Shown in pieces: positions 35,124 through 45,824 of a stretch of DNA of 45,824 bases. The position numbers and the translations under genes are program-made. Under the pieces are notes generated by a model, which searched no databases, was not told the DNA's origin, and saw only the letters and a program-made list of their open reading frames with translations. The DNA lies in NCBI RefSeq assembly GCF_001194135.2, contig NC_068986.1, forward strand, positions 107,355,114 to 107,400,937, in the 5' to 3' direction. The stretch is from Octopus bimaculoides. Lineage: Eukaryota. How positions within the stretch are numbered: the stretch's first letter is position 1; each line of letters starts with the position of its first letter.

Positions 35124-36036
35124 ATGTATATGGTGAATTCAATTTGTAAAGCATATTTTTTGGTTTGTTTTATTTTTGTCTAAACTAATGCCTGAAACTA
35201 TGGGGCTGATTTTTGACCTCTGTTTTACCTGAAGATTGTACTAGTGTGAAACTAAGTCAAGAGACAAACCTAAACAATATTTTCGATACAAACGACATAA
35301 CTTGTACAACATATATTGAGCACGCTTTCCTCGTTCACTCAACATGAAGCAACACACATATGCATGCATAAACTCACACACACATGTAGTATGCATAATT
35401 AGAGGCAGGTAGCAGCATCCACATTTCTCTACATTTATTAATACATAAATGAAATAAAATCATATGAATTTGTGATATTTTCGATAAATAGCACTAAAAA
35501 AATATGCTGATAATCATCAATTGATCCGGAAATGTTCGTCCACTGAGGATCGTTGCACCAATGATATCGGCAATGTCGTCCCAATTGATCTTCATTAATG
35601 TATAATTAAAATAAATAACAAATATATAACCTACAATGAAATTATACATTTGTTTTTGCTTTTAATTTGTTTGGAAAACTTTTATTTTTTACGTATTTTT
35701 TAAACATGAATGTATTCATTTATATATTTTGTCCAAATGAATTATTTGTCTAATTAGGAAAATTTTCCAATGTCCATTCCGTTGGTGTTGATATAGAATG
35801 TTCTTAACTCTCTCAAAAATATATAGAAGGTATAAGAATCTATACAATAGCCACAGTCCGGAGACAAGAGGACGTGAGCACCGCGCTAGACATTTCAGTT
35901 AACTAACTACGAAATTATGACCTAAAAATGAATAGAATGATAGAATAAGCGCGTGAAAATAAATTGTGATATACGGAACTGATATGAAAAATGGGCAAAA
36001 ATATTTTTAAAAGTCATCATATGATGTCTAGATTTC

Positions 36037-36247
36037 AGGCAGCGAGCTGGCAGAATCTTTCGCGCGTCGGACAAAATGCTTAGTGACATTTCTTCCGGGT
36101 CTTTATGTTCTCTTTTGTTCATATACTACCAAAGTAGACCTTGCTTATTGTCGATGATCGATAGAATATATACCAGTTTAGCAGTGGAATCGATGTAATC
36201 GACTAAGGCACTTCCCACTGGCCTAATGCCAAAATTTGAAACCATAT
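36037..36247 (+). mobile_element. SINE family A, diverged, B-box region disrupted
   Basis: aggcagcgagctggcagaatc…acaaaatgcttagtgacatttc head; cagtggaatcgatgtaatcgact core; gccaaaatttgaaaccatat tail. Confidence 0.82.
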
Positions 36248-36671
36248 GATGACTAGATTTCAAACGTAGCTTGGAAAGAGAATGAACGCGTAAAACGAAT
36301 GTAAAACAAAATCTGATTTCTATCGGGACGCCACAAAGGAAATTAAGGGAATGAAACTCTATTGCAATTTTTATACGTATCAATCACTGCCAGAAGAGTA
36401 ATTCAATTTGTTTGTTCGTTCGTTCGTTTGTTTGTTTGTTTGTTTTGGCAAATATTTTCCAAAACATTCAAGAAAGCTGGAAGAGAAACTAACTAAAAAT
36501 ATATGAACAATATTAGGTGACAGAATGACTGGAAGACGAAATTAATTGCTCGAATTGATCAAAACAGATTCAAAGTGGATACTTTGAGTGGGATAACACA
36601 CTTCTGATAAATTATGATCTATTACTAGATGTAATTCTTCTTTCTGATATTGAAACAAGACCAGTTACTTT

Positions 36672-36846
36672 GAGGGAAGGGATCAGGTTGGTTAGATCAA
36701 CCCCAACATTTGACTAATGCTTATTTTATCGACTATGAATGAATTAAAGTCAAAGTCGACGTGGTGGAATCTGAACTCAGAACGTAATAAATCAACAGAA
36801 ATACCACTATGAATTTTGTCCGACGCCAGAATAATTCTACAACGCG
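36672..36846 (-). mobile_element. SINE family A, diverged
   Basis: ttattttatcgac…aaagtcaaagtcgacgtggtggaatctgaactcagaacgt…gaaatacc. Confidence 0.8.
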
Positions 36847-36863
36847 TAATAATTCTTTCTACT

Positions 36864-37249
36864 GTCGTCGTGGCCCTCCGTCGGTTACGACGACGAGAGT
36901 TCCAGTTGATCCGATCAACGGAACAGCCTGCTAGTGAAATTAACATGCAATTGGCTGAGCACTCCATAGATACGTGTACCCATAACGTTGTTCTGGGGAA
37001 GATTCAGCGTGACACAGAGTGTGACAAGGCTGCCCCTTTCAAATACAGGTGCAAGAGAAACGAACAAAGAGTGAGAGAAAGTTGTGGTAAAAAAGTACAG
37101 CAAGCTTCGCCACTACCTCCTGCCGGAGCCTTGTGGGGATTTAGGTGTTTCCGCTCAATAAACACTCACGACGCCCGGTCTGGGAATCGAAACCACAATC
37201 CTACGACCGCGAATCTGCTGCCCTAACCATTGGGCCATTGCGCCTCCAC
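36864..37249 (-). mobile_element. SINE family C, full length
   Basis: Collinear with 2838-3211 and 16672-17028. Confidence 0.93.
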
Positions 37250-37274
37250 CATTCTACTATAGACACTGCAGGAA

Positions 37275-37454
37275 GCGGGATAATTGAATTCACAGACACC
37301 CCCCACCCCCCACCGAGACTCAACTGGCATTTCGTTTATCGACCACGAAAGGGCAGCCGACATTGATGGAATTTGAACTCTAAACGCAATGAGGGATGTA
37401 TTGTCGCAAAGCATTTTGTCCGGTATGCTGAAGATTCTGTTAACTCGCTGCCTT
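37275..37454 (-). mobile_element. SINE family A, diverged
   Basis: caactggcatttcgtttatcgaccacgaaagg…gatggaatttgaactc…aagcattttgtccggtatgctgaagattctgttaactcgctgcctt. Confidence 0.8.
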
Positions 37455-37456
37455 AT

Positions 37457-37624
37457 TTTAGTTTCAAATTTTCGCGCAAGACCAGCAATTTCTGGGGAGG
37501 GAATAAGTAGATTATATCAACCCCTGATCTCGTCTGGTACTTATGTTCTCAAACCCGAAAGGATGAAAGGCAAAGTCGACCTCGGCGGAATTTGAACTCA
37601 GAACGTAGAGATGAACGAAAAGCC
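37457..37624 (-). mobile_element. SINE family A, missing extreme 5' end
   Basis: cccgaaaggatgaaaggcaaagtcgacctcggcggaatttgaactcagaacgt nearly identical to consensus. Confidence 0.88.
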
Positions 37625-38016
37625 ACTCAGAGTCAGAGTTAGGATTCCGGCATTCCATGTAGTGAGTTATTAAATATGAAAGTCATTAAATATTAATGAA
37701 ATGTGTTTGAATTCGACTATGTGGAGCAACAGTGTGTGTGATTGCTTATAGTGGATACTGGGTTCGATCTGCACTGATACCATTGCACTGGTACCCCTGG
37801 TATTCTTTCTCTCTCTCTATCTCTCTTTCACAAACACACGTATATGTATACATATGCATACACAGAGACATGTAGATATATACCTATATANNNNNNNNNN
37901 NNNNNNNNNTATACATATACATATATATATATATGTTTTCCACATATTCTAACTCGTAATTTTGCCACGTGGTGTATACTGAATCTCCATTATTTTTGCT
38001 CCTTTTATATATATAC

Positions 38017-38075
<59 letters not shown>

Positions 38076-38989
38076 GTGTGTGTATGTATGTATATATAGA
38101 CAGATACATATATACATAGATAGATATCTTCAAGATATGTTAAAGGTTTACGTTATAGATAATTACATGTATGCGCATGTAGGCACCCACAAACACAAAC
38201 ACCACCCCCGTACGTACATGTATGCATGTTTTTCATTTGTTTATCAGTATCTGTGCACTTTCTTTCGTGTCTTTCAACAGAATATATGAACGGGATACCT
38301 ATTAATGTCTACTGCATTGCGTAAGATGAAGAAGGACCATTAAAACGAACAGAGACCGTATATTTCCTTCAATAACAAACACTAAACATACGCCAGCAAT
38401 TTATCGCTGCAATTCTAGCAATTTACAGATATATTTATTATCTATTAACTTACCAATGTATCTCTATCAGTTTCTCAACTGTACTTACAGCTCCAATTAA
38501 TGATGATCATCATTTAGAATCATGCATAGATTTCAACTGTTGATTCAAACTTCAAAGATATTGCAATATTTAAGAACGATATTTTTTTTTACCGTTTTGA
38601 TCTGTTGAAGCACCACTTCATGCAATTTTCACAAATCATTAGAAGAAAATGTCCTCTACGTATTCTATACATCTTTATTTATTTGTGATTGTTATTTTAT
38701 TCAGTTTACGCTTGTTATTTTTTATTTGTTAGTTCATCTCTCTTGCATCTTTTCTCTTAATATTTCGATGCTTCATTCAGAATAATCCTGTCCTATATAC
38801 GGTGTTTCCTCCTCGTTAACTATCCCAGATAGCAGGCATTTGTGTGATGCACTAATTTCATAGGCCTTGTGATAATGTATGACTCGATATGGTTCTAATA
38901 TACACAACTAAACTTGTTTTTGCTTTTGTATTCATTACATTTTCTGTTCAAATCACGCTGTCTTTTCTCTTCGCTATTTCTCTTGCCAA

Positions 38990-39470
38990 GAACTACATAG
39001 AAAAAGCCAAAAGCCTTCACAAAGTAAACAATATAACTTCAGTGAACCAGAAATGCCCCCCATCAATGCCCGATTGTGGAATTTCTCAGGAAGAAATCAA
39101 TATTCACAAAATTTTATTAATATTAGCAGTTAATCTCGAACATCCTTCGCCTTTTTATTATACCAATGGCAACTTCCTTAATCCTTTTTATTTTATGAGA
39201 TAAAGGTCAACAGCTGCAGTTTATACAAACTAGGATTTCAGACAGGGAAAAATCTTCCACGTGGTTGCTCGGCTTTACCAGCTACATTTTCTTCAAAGGA
39301 CACCCTCTCATCTCCAAAACAGAGTTAAATACACTAATGTGATCAAACTTATATAACATCTGGAAAAGACAGTATAGTAATGATTGGTCTGGAGCAAAAC
39401 CAAGAGCAACTAATATCTATGGGCATCAAAGTAGAAATTGTTTCCGCTTATAGTAGCCGTGAAAGTATAG
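38990..39470 (+). pseudogene. Possible decayed C-terminus of a non-LTR retrotransposon ORF (unclassified)
   Basis: Translation includes KCPPSMPDCGISQEEINIH (zinc-knuckle-like) and later NIWKRQY; weak resemblance only. Confidence 0.2.
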
Positions 39471-40039
39471 AACTATACGTAACGACTTAAGGACAGAAGT
39501 GATGTTAAGAATAGAAACAACTAAATCAAATTATCAAATGTCCATAAATGTAAGAATTACACATTCAATATTTCATGGGACAAAACACTTCTAGAAGAAT
39601 ATATAGTCGATTATATTTTTATTATTAGTTTCTTATATCAAACGATTTGCAAGCTTCTGGAGCGAAAGAATAGCATATACAATACATATATGAGTAACGC
39701 GCGTGGCAGTGGTGTAAAAACAAAGTTCAAATATGTGTGGAACATATACGAACTATTAAGACGTGTCTTCACTGCGATTTTCCATAGAGAAAAATTCTTG
39801 CTTCTGACAAAAGGGGTTAAAAACACCAAAGTCGATGTTTTTAACACTATTTGCGTAAAGCGAGGATTTTTCTCTATGCCAAAAAGGCAGTTAAAATGTA
39901 TCTCTACAGGTCAACTGTGTCCCAAACATATTTAGACAAATTTAAAATGTTTTCATACAATACATTATTGGATATTGATCTTACATTCATCTCATAACAA
40001 TGCTGTCAGTAGAGATGCCAAATTGTTTGCTTATCTTGA

Positions 40040-40986
40040 CATTTTAGCAACTAATTCCATCCTCTTCTCATATTCCAGACTGATAAACAGACATTCCAAA
40101 TAACATTGCTCTCTCCCCCACCCTCAAAACATAACATCTAGCAAAATGTGACTATCCATGTTCCTATTGGGTCATTCCACCACTATTTCATTTTAACTGC
40201 CCAACACAATAGCATCACATTACACTCAGAATCTATGGCACTCAAAGTTAGCCATCTTATTGGAGCTTCGTCATTTCTATGCGAACTATACCTCGTAGAG
40301 CGTGCTTTACTCCTGACCCATCAAACTCTATTATTTGCGTAATTTTAAAGATGTCCATTCAGCCATGTAACCTCACGTTCGCGACACAAAATCCAAATTA
40401 GCGAAGTCTCTCAAACGGTTTAATCGTAGATGTGTTGCAGTTGTTCGGAAGAAAGACAAGGTTTACGATGCCCAAGGACGCTGACTCACTCCCCAAAACT
40501 GTGATATTCATCAGTAGCGCCACTCGATGAGACTACTAAACAATGTGGAACTGAAGAGTTTTCACTACACATGGCACTTAACGTTTGTTGCCTCCCCAAC
40601 TCCATCCAGTCTTTCTGTTTCCTCACCAAATTAATATCCACCAACATGACAGAATCCTTTCTACCCAGCCTTCTAAACAATGGTGTCGCTTTCAGCAGTA
40701 CTTCACTGGAGAAAACATCTACTTTTGCTGCTTGTTTTGCATTCAACTTCATTCTAAGCATCCTTAACCAATGCCCTCCATATCAACGCCCTTCCACACC
40801 ATCAAGAATTTCACATCAAATCCAAACACACAAAGTGAGGAATTACCTTCTCGTTGCTTCAGACCACCAAAGCCGGTTGTCTCGATAAGCTAGAGCAACC
40901 CTTCCAATGCACTCAAACACCACATCCCTCGAAACTTATCGCTATGCGCATTAAATATTTCTATCCCCTCTCTCTCTTTATCTCTT

Positions 40987-41026
<40 letters not shown>

Positions 41027-41057
41027 TCTCTCTCTATCGCTTTCTCTNNNNNNNNNN

Positions 41058-41119
<62 letters not shown>

Positions 41120-42330
41120 ACAACGGTATATATATCTTGACATTTGGTAGCATGTTTTAGTGTGTCTCATCCGAAAGAGAGGCAACCTAATTAAATCGAC
41201 CAACAGTAGTACTATCGCACTTACCCTTAACATCTCTAACAAGGACATTCGCCGCCATCTTCAATCTATCTCGCTCCTCAGTGACAACAAGTAGGGATTC
41301 CGCAGAGCTGGATCCACTGGACAATCACATTCTTATGTCACTTGCCAATGTGTTTTCACTTTAGCGAAGTTCTGTGACAGAAATGTTGCACTTGTAGATA
41401 TCTATGCTTTTGACGATGTCTGGGATTTTAAATTCCTTTCAAACCTGCCCACCTACAGGCTCCACCCACCTCTCTCAACTCTTGGATCTGTAGCTTCCTC
41501 TCAGATTACATCATGACTACTCGTTTAAATTTCACTGAACTATGGTGACACCCACGTGTCAGTTTTATTCTTCGCTCTTTTTTCTTCTATACAGTAATGT
41601 CCTACTTGCCACCACATTCACCATTACTCATTTTTATGCAGATGATACGAACCTTCAGTACTACATAACCTCACCCAACCATACGCAACCAATAAACCAC
41701 GTGCCGAACCTAATTTGATTCCATAAATGGTGACTTTAAGACTATCCTTCAGTGGATCTATTCCAAATTGTTTATCTTTTAACGACTGAAATCTGAAATA
41801 TTACACAACTGAGGAAAACACCATCGCATTCCGAATTAAGTATGAGTGGCACTTAGCAAAGCCTTACGTAAGCTCCACGGTTCCAAAGGTTGCTGACACT
41901 ACAAGGATGAAAAGAGACCTCCATTGAGACACTGGTCCCATATCTAGGACAGTGATCCAGCGATGCATACAAGCATTTTGTACAGTAATCAGAGAAAGGA
42001 TTTTTGATTGGGTGACATTCATTTACAAACGGACACAATCCATTCGCTGGTGCACAAGAATATTTCCTCTTTGTCATTACCATCGCTCTTTCAATGGTTT
42101 CTCTTCCTCAGACCTGCGTGGTATCGAGCTACTTCAGGCACCTACAATACCAACTTCACTCCACTTCTCATGGCCCTTGTTGTGTCCACCACTGACTCCA
42201 CCCTTCATTCTCCAGTATGCCCAATTTAGAAAAATTCGCCCGCTCATGCATGTCTTGTAGTTACTCACCTCCAACCACTTCAACGAGAACTTACATCGAT
42301 CCCACCAGTCTGGAAGGCCCCTCCCCAAAA
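40040..42330 (+). pseudogene. CR1/L2/Jockey-type LINE ORF2 remnant (endonuclease end, RT, C-terminus), many stops and frameshifts, interrupted by (CT)n and a gap
   Basis: Motifs in order: FCFLTKLISTNMTESFLPSLLNNG…SLEKTSTFAACFAFN (40610-40750); CLIRKRG…TIALT; LLSDNK*GFRRAGSTG (~41270-41320); LVDIYAFDDVW; HFYADDTNLQ (YADD 41635-41646); YHRSFNGFSSSDL. Confidence 0.88.
40966..41117. repeat. (CT)n microsatellite inside the LINE
   Basis: Visible, spans a 10-nt gap. Confidence 0.93.
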
Positions 42331-42514
42331 TGCATGGCAGCTGTTCTTTCTTCGGGTTCCAGGAAATAAAAAATATTACTCACTTATTTGTTTATTTATT
42401 CATATTTAATTTTTCCAGATATTTTCATTTAACGTTTTTTTTTTGTGACAAAAACTCAGAACCTAAGAGAGACTTCAGTGGCGTTTAAATAAAACATTTT
42501 TTGTAAATTCTCAC

Positions 42515-42546
<32 letters not shown>

Positions 42547-43167
42547 TGTATGTGTATATGTATTGTTGTATTTCGGGATGGTCATTTTTTCTTTTGCCAA
42601 ATAAACACACGCACTATATATTCGTCCTTCATTCGTTTATTACTATTTTCATTTTAACTCATATCAATTGTCTGGAAGTGAGATACAACGTTAAAACAGT
42701 GCGCATTCACAGCAGTTTTAAAGGTCAATTTTTGCCCAGCAGCCATACTATTTTGAAGAAGCTGAACATTAAAAGGACTATATCCTGCAATCAACAAACA
42801 CTCATTTGTCCAATCTCAAGCAAAGTTTGATATCATCATCCCAATCGCATCCCTATAATGACTTCAAAGCAGAATTTATACCTGGACTCAAATTAAAAGC
42901 AGGCATTCATCGCAAATTGCTGCAGCTTCTTTTACTTTAGGTTCTTTTTTTTTTGTTTTTAATCCTTTCCTTTAAACACTCATGCGTCGAATCGACGGGA
43001 GTGGCCATCATGATAAGTATATTTTTATAAGGAATACTTCTTCATTCTCCTTTTCGAGATTCACTTTTCTTTATTGTCCTTTCCATTTTTTACACTTATC
43101 GTCACTTGATTATTCTTGGTCTTGTTGCTGGTGTTGAAGTGTTTTTATTATTAGCTCTCTTTACATA

Positions 43168-43255
43168 CTCTTCTTCTTCTTCTTCTTCTTCTTCTTCTTC
43201 TTCTTCTTCTTCTTCTTCTTCTTCTTCTTCTTCTTCTTCTTCTTCTTCTTCTTCT
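43168..43255. repeat. (TTC)n microsatellite
   Basis: Visible; source of the poly-S ORF 43106-43324. Confidence 0.96.
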
Positions 43256-44549
43256 CTCGTTCTATCTTTATCTATTACTACGCTATTTCATCGTTTTTAT
43301 TCCGATTCTGTTTTTTCTTTCTGATTTTTACTTTTTATTTCTTCCTTATATAAACAACACACAATTCTTATCAGATACACAGTGTCAGATCTCATCCCTT
43401 GATGCAAATCTAATGAACTCTAAAATGCATAAAACTGCAATTATTATGTAACTTTTCACGTGGAAATTTTGTATGCAGTAGCGTTAAAGACAGGGCGGTT
43501 CTGAAACAAATGTAACCGGGTATTAAAGAGGTGCTAACCCCTTTCTTTGTCTTCTTATTTTGATTATACATACTCACATATGTAAATATATATATATNNN
43601 NNNNNNNNNNNNNNNNNNNNNNNNNNNNNNNNNNNNNNNNNNNNNNNNNNNNNNNNNNNNNNNNNNNNNNNNNNNNNNNNNNNNNNNNNNNNNNNNNNNN
43701 NNNNNNNNNNNNNNNNNNNNNNNNNNNNNNNNNNNNNNNNNNNNNNNNNNNNNNNNNNNNNNNNNNNNNNNNNNNNNNNNNNNNNNNNNNNNNNNNNNNN
43801 NNNNNNNNNNNNNNNNNNNNNNNNNNNNNNNNNNNNNNNNNNNNNNNNNNNNNNNNNNNNNNNNNNNNNNNNNNNNNNNNNNNNNNNNNNNNNNNNNNNN
43901 NNNNNNNNNNNNNNNNNNNNNNNNNNNNNNNNNNNNNNNNNNNNNNNNNNNNNNNNNNNNNNNNNNNNNNNNNNNNNNNNNNNNNNNNNNNNNNNNNNNN
44001 NNNNNNNNTATATAATAGGAAAATGATAATTTCGAATGACTAAATGATTACCAACCTTCAGAAGATTTTTTTTTTTTTGAACTATTGAATATGTTAGAGT
44101 TTATGTATATAAACAACATTAATGGAAGTATTCTTCAAATATTATCCAATTACTTTCGGAAAATTATGATATTGCCAACGATAATCATATTAATGAAATC
44201 AATTAGGTGATAATCACTGAACTCATAAACTTCATGTAAGAACAATAATTAACTATGCAGTAAAAATATTATAAATAGTTATTGATATTCATCGATGCAG
44301 CTTCTCATCTGGAACCCGTTATCAGAAACTCTTTCATTCTAGTTGATAATTATATTTCAAACATGAAGCTGATGGAGTTGTTTGCACAATTATAACATAA
44401 GATGTAGTCAGTAACAAGTGATGATATAGATCGTGGGTGAAAAAGTATCGCCTCGTTAAAAAGACAAAAACATCTAGTATGAACGAACAATGCTTCTTTT
44501 TATTACAATAAAATTATAGACCAGAATACAGCATGTATATATATATACG

Positions 44550-44591
<42 letters not shown>

Positions 44592-45241
44592 NNNNNNNNN
44601 NNNNNNNNNNNNNNNNNNNNNNNNNNNNNNNNNNNNNNNNNNNNNNNNNNNNNNNNNNNNNNNNNNNNNNNNNNNNNNNNNNNNNNNNNNNNNNNNNNNN
44701 NNNNNNNNNNNNNNNNNNNNNNNNNNNNNNNNNNNNNNNNNNNNNNNNNNNNNNNNNNNNNNNNNNNNNNNNNNNNNNNNNNNNNNNNNNNNNNNNNNNN
44801 NNNNNNNNNNNNNNNNNNNNNNNNNNNNNNNNNNNNNNNNNNNNNNNNNNNNNNNNNNNNNNNNNNNNNNNNNNNNNNNNNNNNNNNNNNNNNNNNNNNN
44901 NNNNNNNNNNNNNNNNNNNNNNNNNNNNNNNNNNNNNNNNNNNNNNNNNNNNNNNNNNNNNNNNNNNNNNNNNNNNNNNNNNNNNNNNNNNNNNNNNNNN
45001 NNNNNNNNNNNNNNNNNNNNNNNNNNNNNNNNNNNNNNNNNNNNNNNNNNNNNNNNNNNNNNNNNNNNNNNNNNNNNNNNNNNNNNNNNNNNNNNNNNNN
45101 NNNNNNNNNNNNNNNNNNNNNNNNNNNNNNNNNNNNNNNNNNNNNNNNNNNNNNNNNNNNNNNNNNNNNNNNNNNNNNNNNNNNNNNNNNNNNNNNNNNN
45201 NNNNNNNNNNNNNNNNNNNNNNNNNNNNNNNNNNNNNNNNN

Positions 45242-45327
<86 letters not shown>

Positions 45328-45360
45328 GTGTATGTGCATGCGTGCGTTTGTGTGCATGTG
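45242..45360. repeat. (GT)n microsatellite
   Basis: Visible run after gap. Confidence 0.95.
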
Positions 45361-45785
45361 TTTTAGAAGAACTAGTTGAAATTATGTTCAAATTATACTA
45401 CGCACATTACAGTACCATGGCTATGGATTTCTTCATGTGTTCATTAACACATCATATTACAATTACATGGCTTACATAGCCTCATCGCTTTTAGCAATTG
45501 ACTCAACTGGAAGATTGCAGCGCTTTCCACTATTTGATATATGTATGCACAACTCCGTGTGTGTGTGTGTGTGTGTATGTGTGTATGTGTGTGTATGTGT
45601 GTATATGTGTGTGTGTACATATACATATATAGTAATGAAATGAAAATTTCGGAAGGAAATTCATAAAACTTAAAGGCATTACTAAGTACGTTGCCACAAA
45701 CACATTGCTTTAGTTGTTGTATTCACCATCCATAAGGGATTACAAATATGATTTGAAAAATCCATGGATTTTAACAGGAATATTA

Positions 45786-45824
<39 letters not shown>

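Larger units (their letters stand above)
5101..45241. other. 14 assembly gaps (N runs): 5101-5459, 8164-8546, 11765-11785, 12216-12768, 14566-15154, 15635-16621, 24736-25061, 26346-26751, 31656-31866, 33596-33723, 37891-37909, 41048-41057, 43598-44008, 44592-45241
   Basis: N runs visible; most are flanked by simple repeats. Confidence 0.98.

Noticed and set aside
6904-37624. CRISPR-like or regularly spaced repeat array
   Set aside because: Repeats are dispersed SINEs of 200-480 bp with irregular spacing and both orientations; eukaryotic context, no cas genes
38889-39203. 104-aa ORF as a host gene
   Set aside because: N-terminal hydrophobic part is a T-rich low-complexity tract; the rest is more like a decayed retroelement
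42640-42930. Possible minus-strand exon (GYSPFNVQLLQNSMAAGQK…)
   Set aside because: Short, unrecognised, no convincing donor

Overview
AT-rich, repeat-saturated, almost entirely non-coding animal genomic DNA from a gapped draft assembly (14 N-runs, nearly all bordered by microsatellites). It is not prokaryotic: no operons, CRISPR arrays or rRNA. The tRNA-derived SINE families and the heavy (TA)n/(CA)n/(AAT)n load look like an octopus (coleoid cephalopod) genome; this is recognition and inference, not a database result. No intact protein-coding gene can be supported, and most long ORFs in the track are microsatellite or N artefacts. Contents: about 30 SINE copies or fragments in four families, labelled A-D here (my working names); a ~540 bp TIR element (MITE) inserted in a SINE head with a 9-bp TSD; two restriction-like-endonuclease fragments of an R4/Dong-type retrotransposon embedded in (AAT)n; a decayed Penelope-like element with a GIY-YIG domain; two decayed CR1/L2-type LINEs (one retaining YADD); Helitron-like ends; and a degenerate U6 snRNA retrocopy joined directly to a SINE 5' end. 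The best leads are the U6-SINE junction, the MITE whose TIRs both keep octamer and CCAAT motifs, a pre-miRNA-sized hairpin, a structured segment 3' of the Penelope-like element, and one possible orphan coding exon. I found no convincing evidence of a wholly new biological system.
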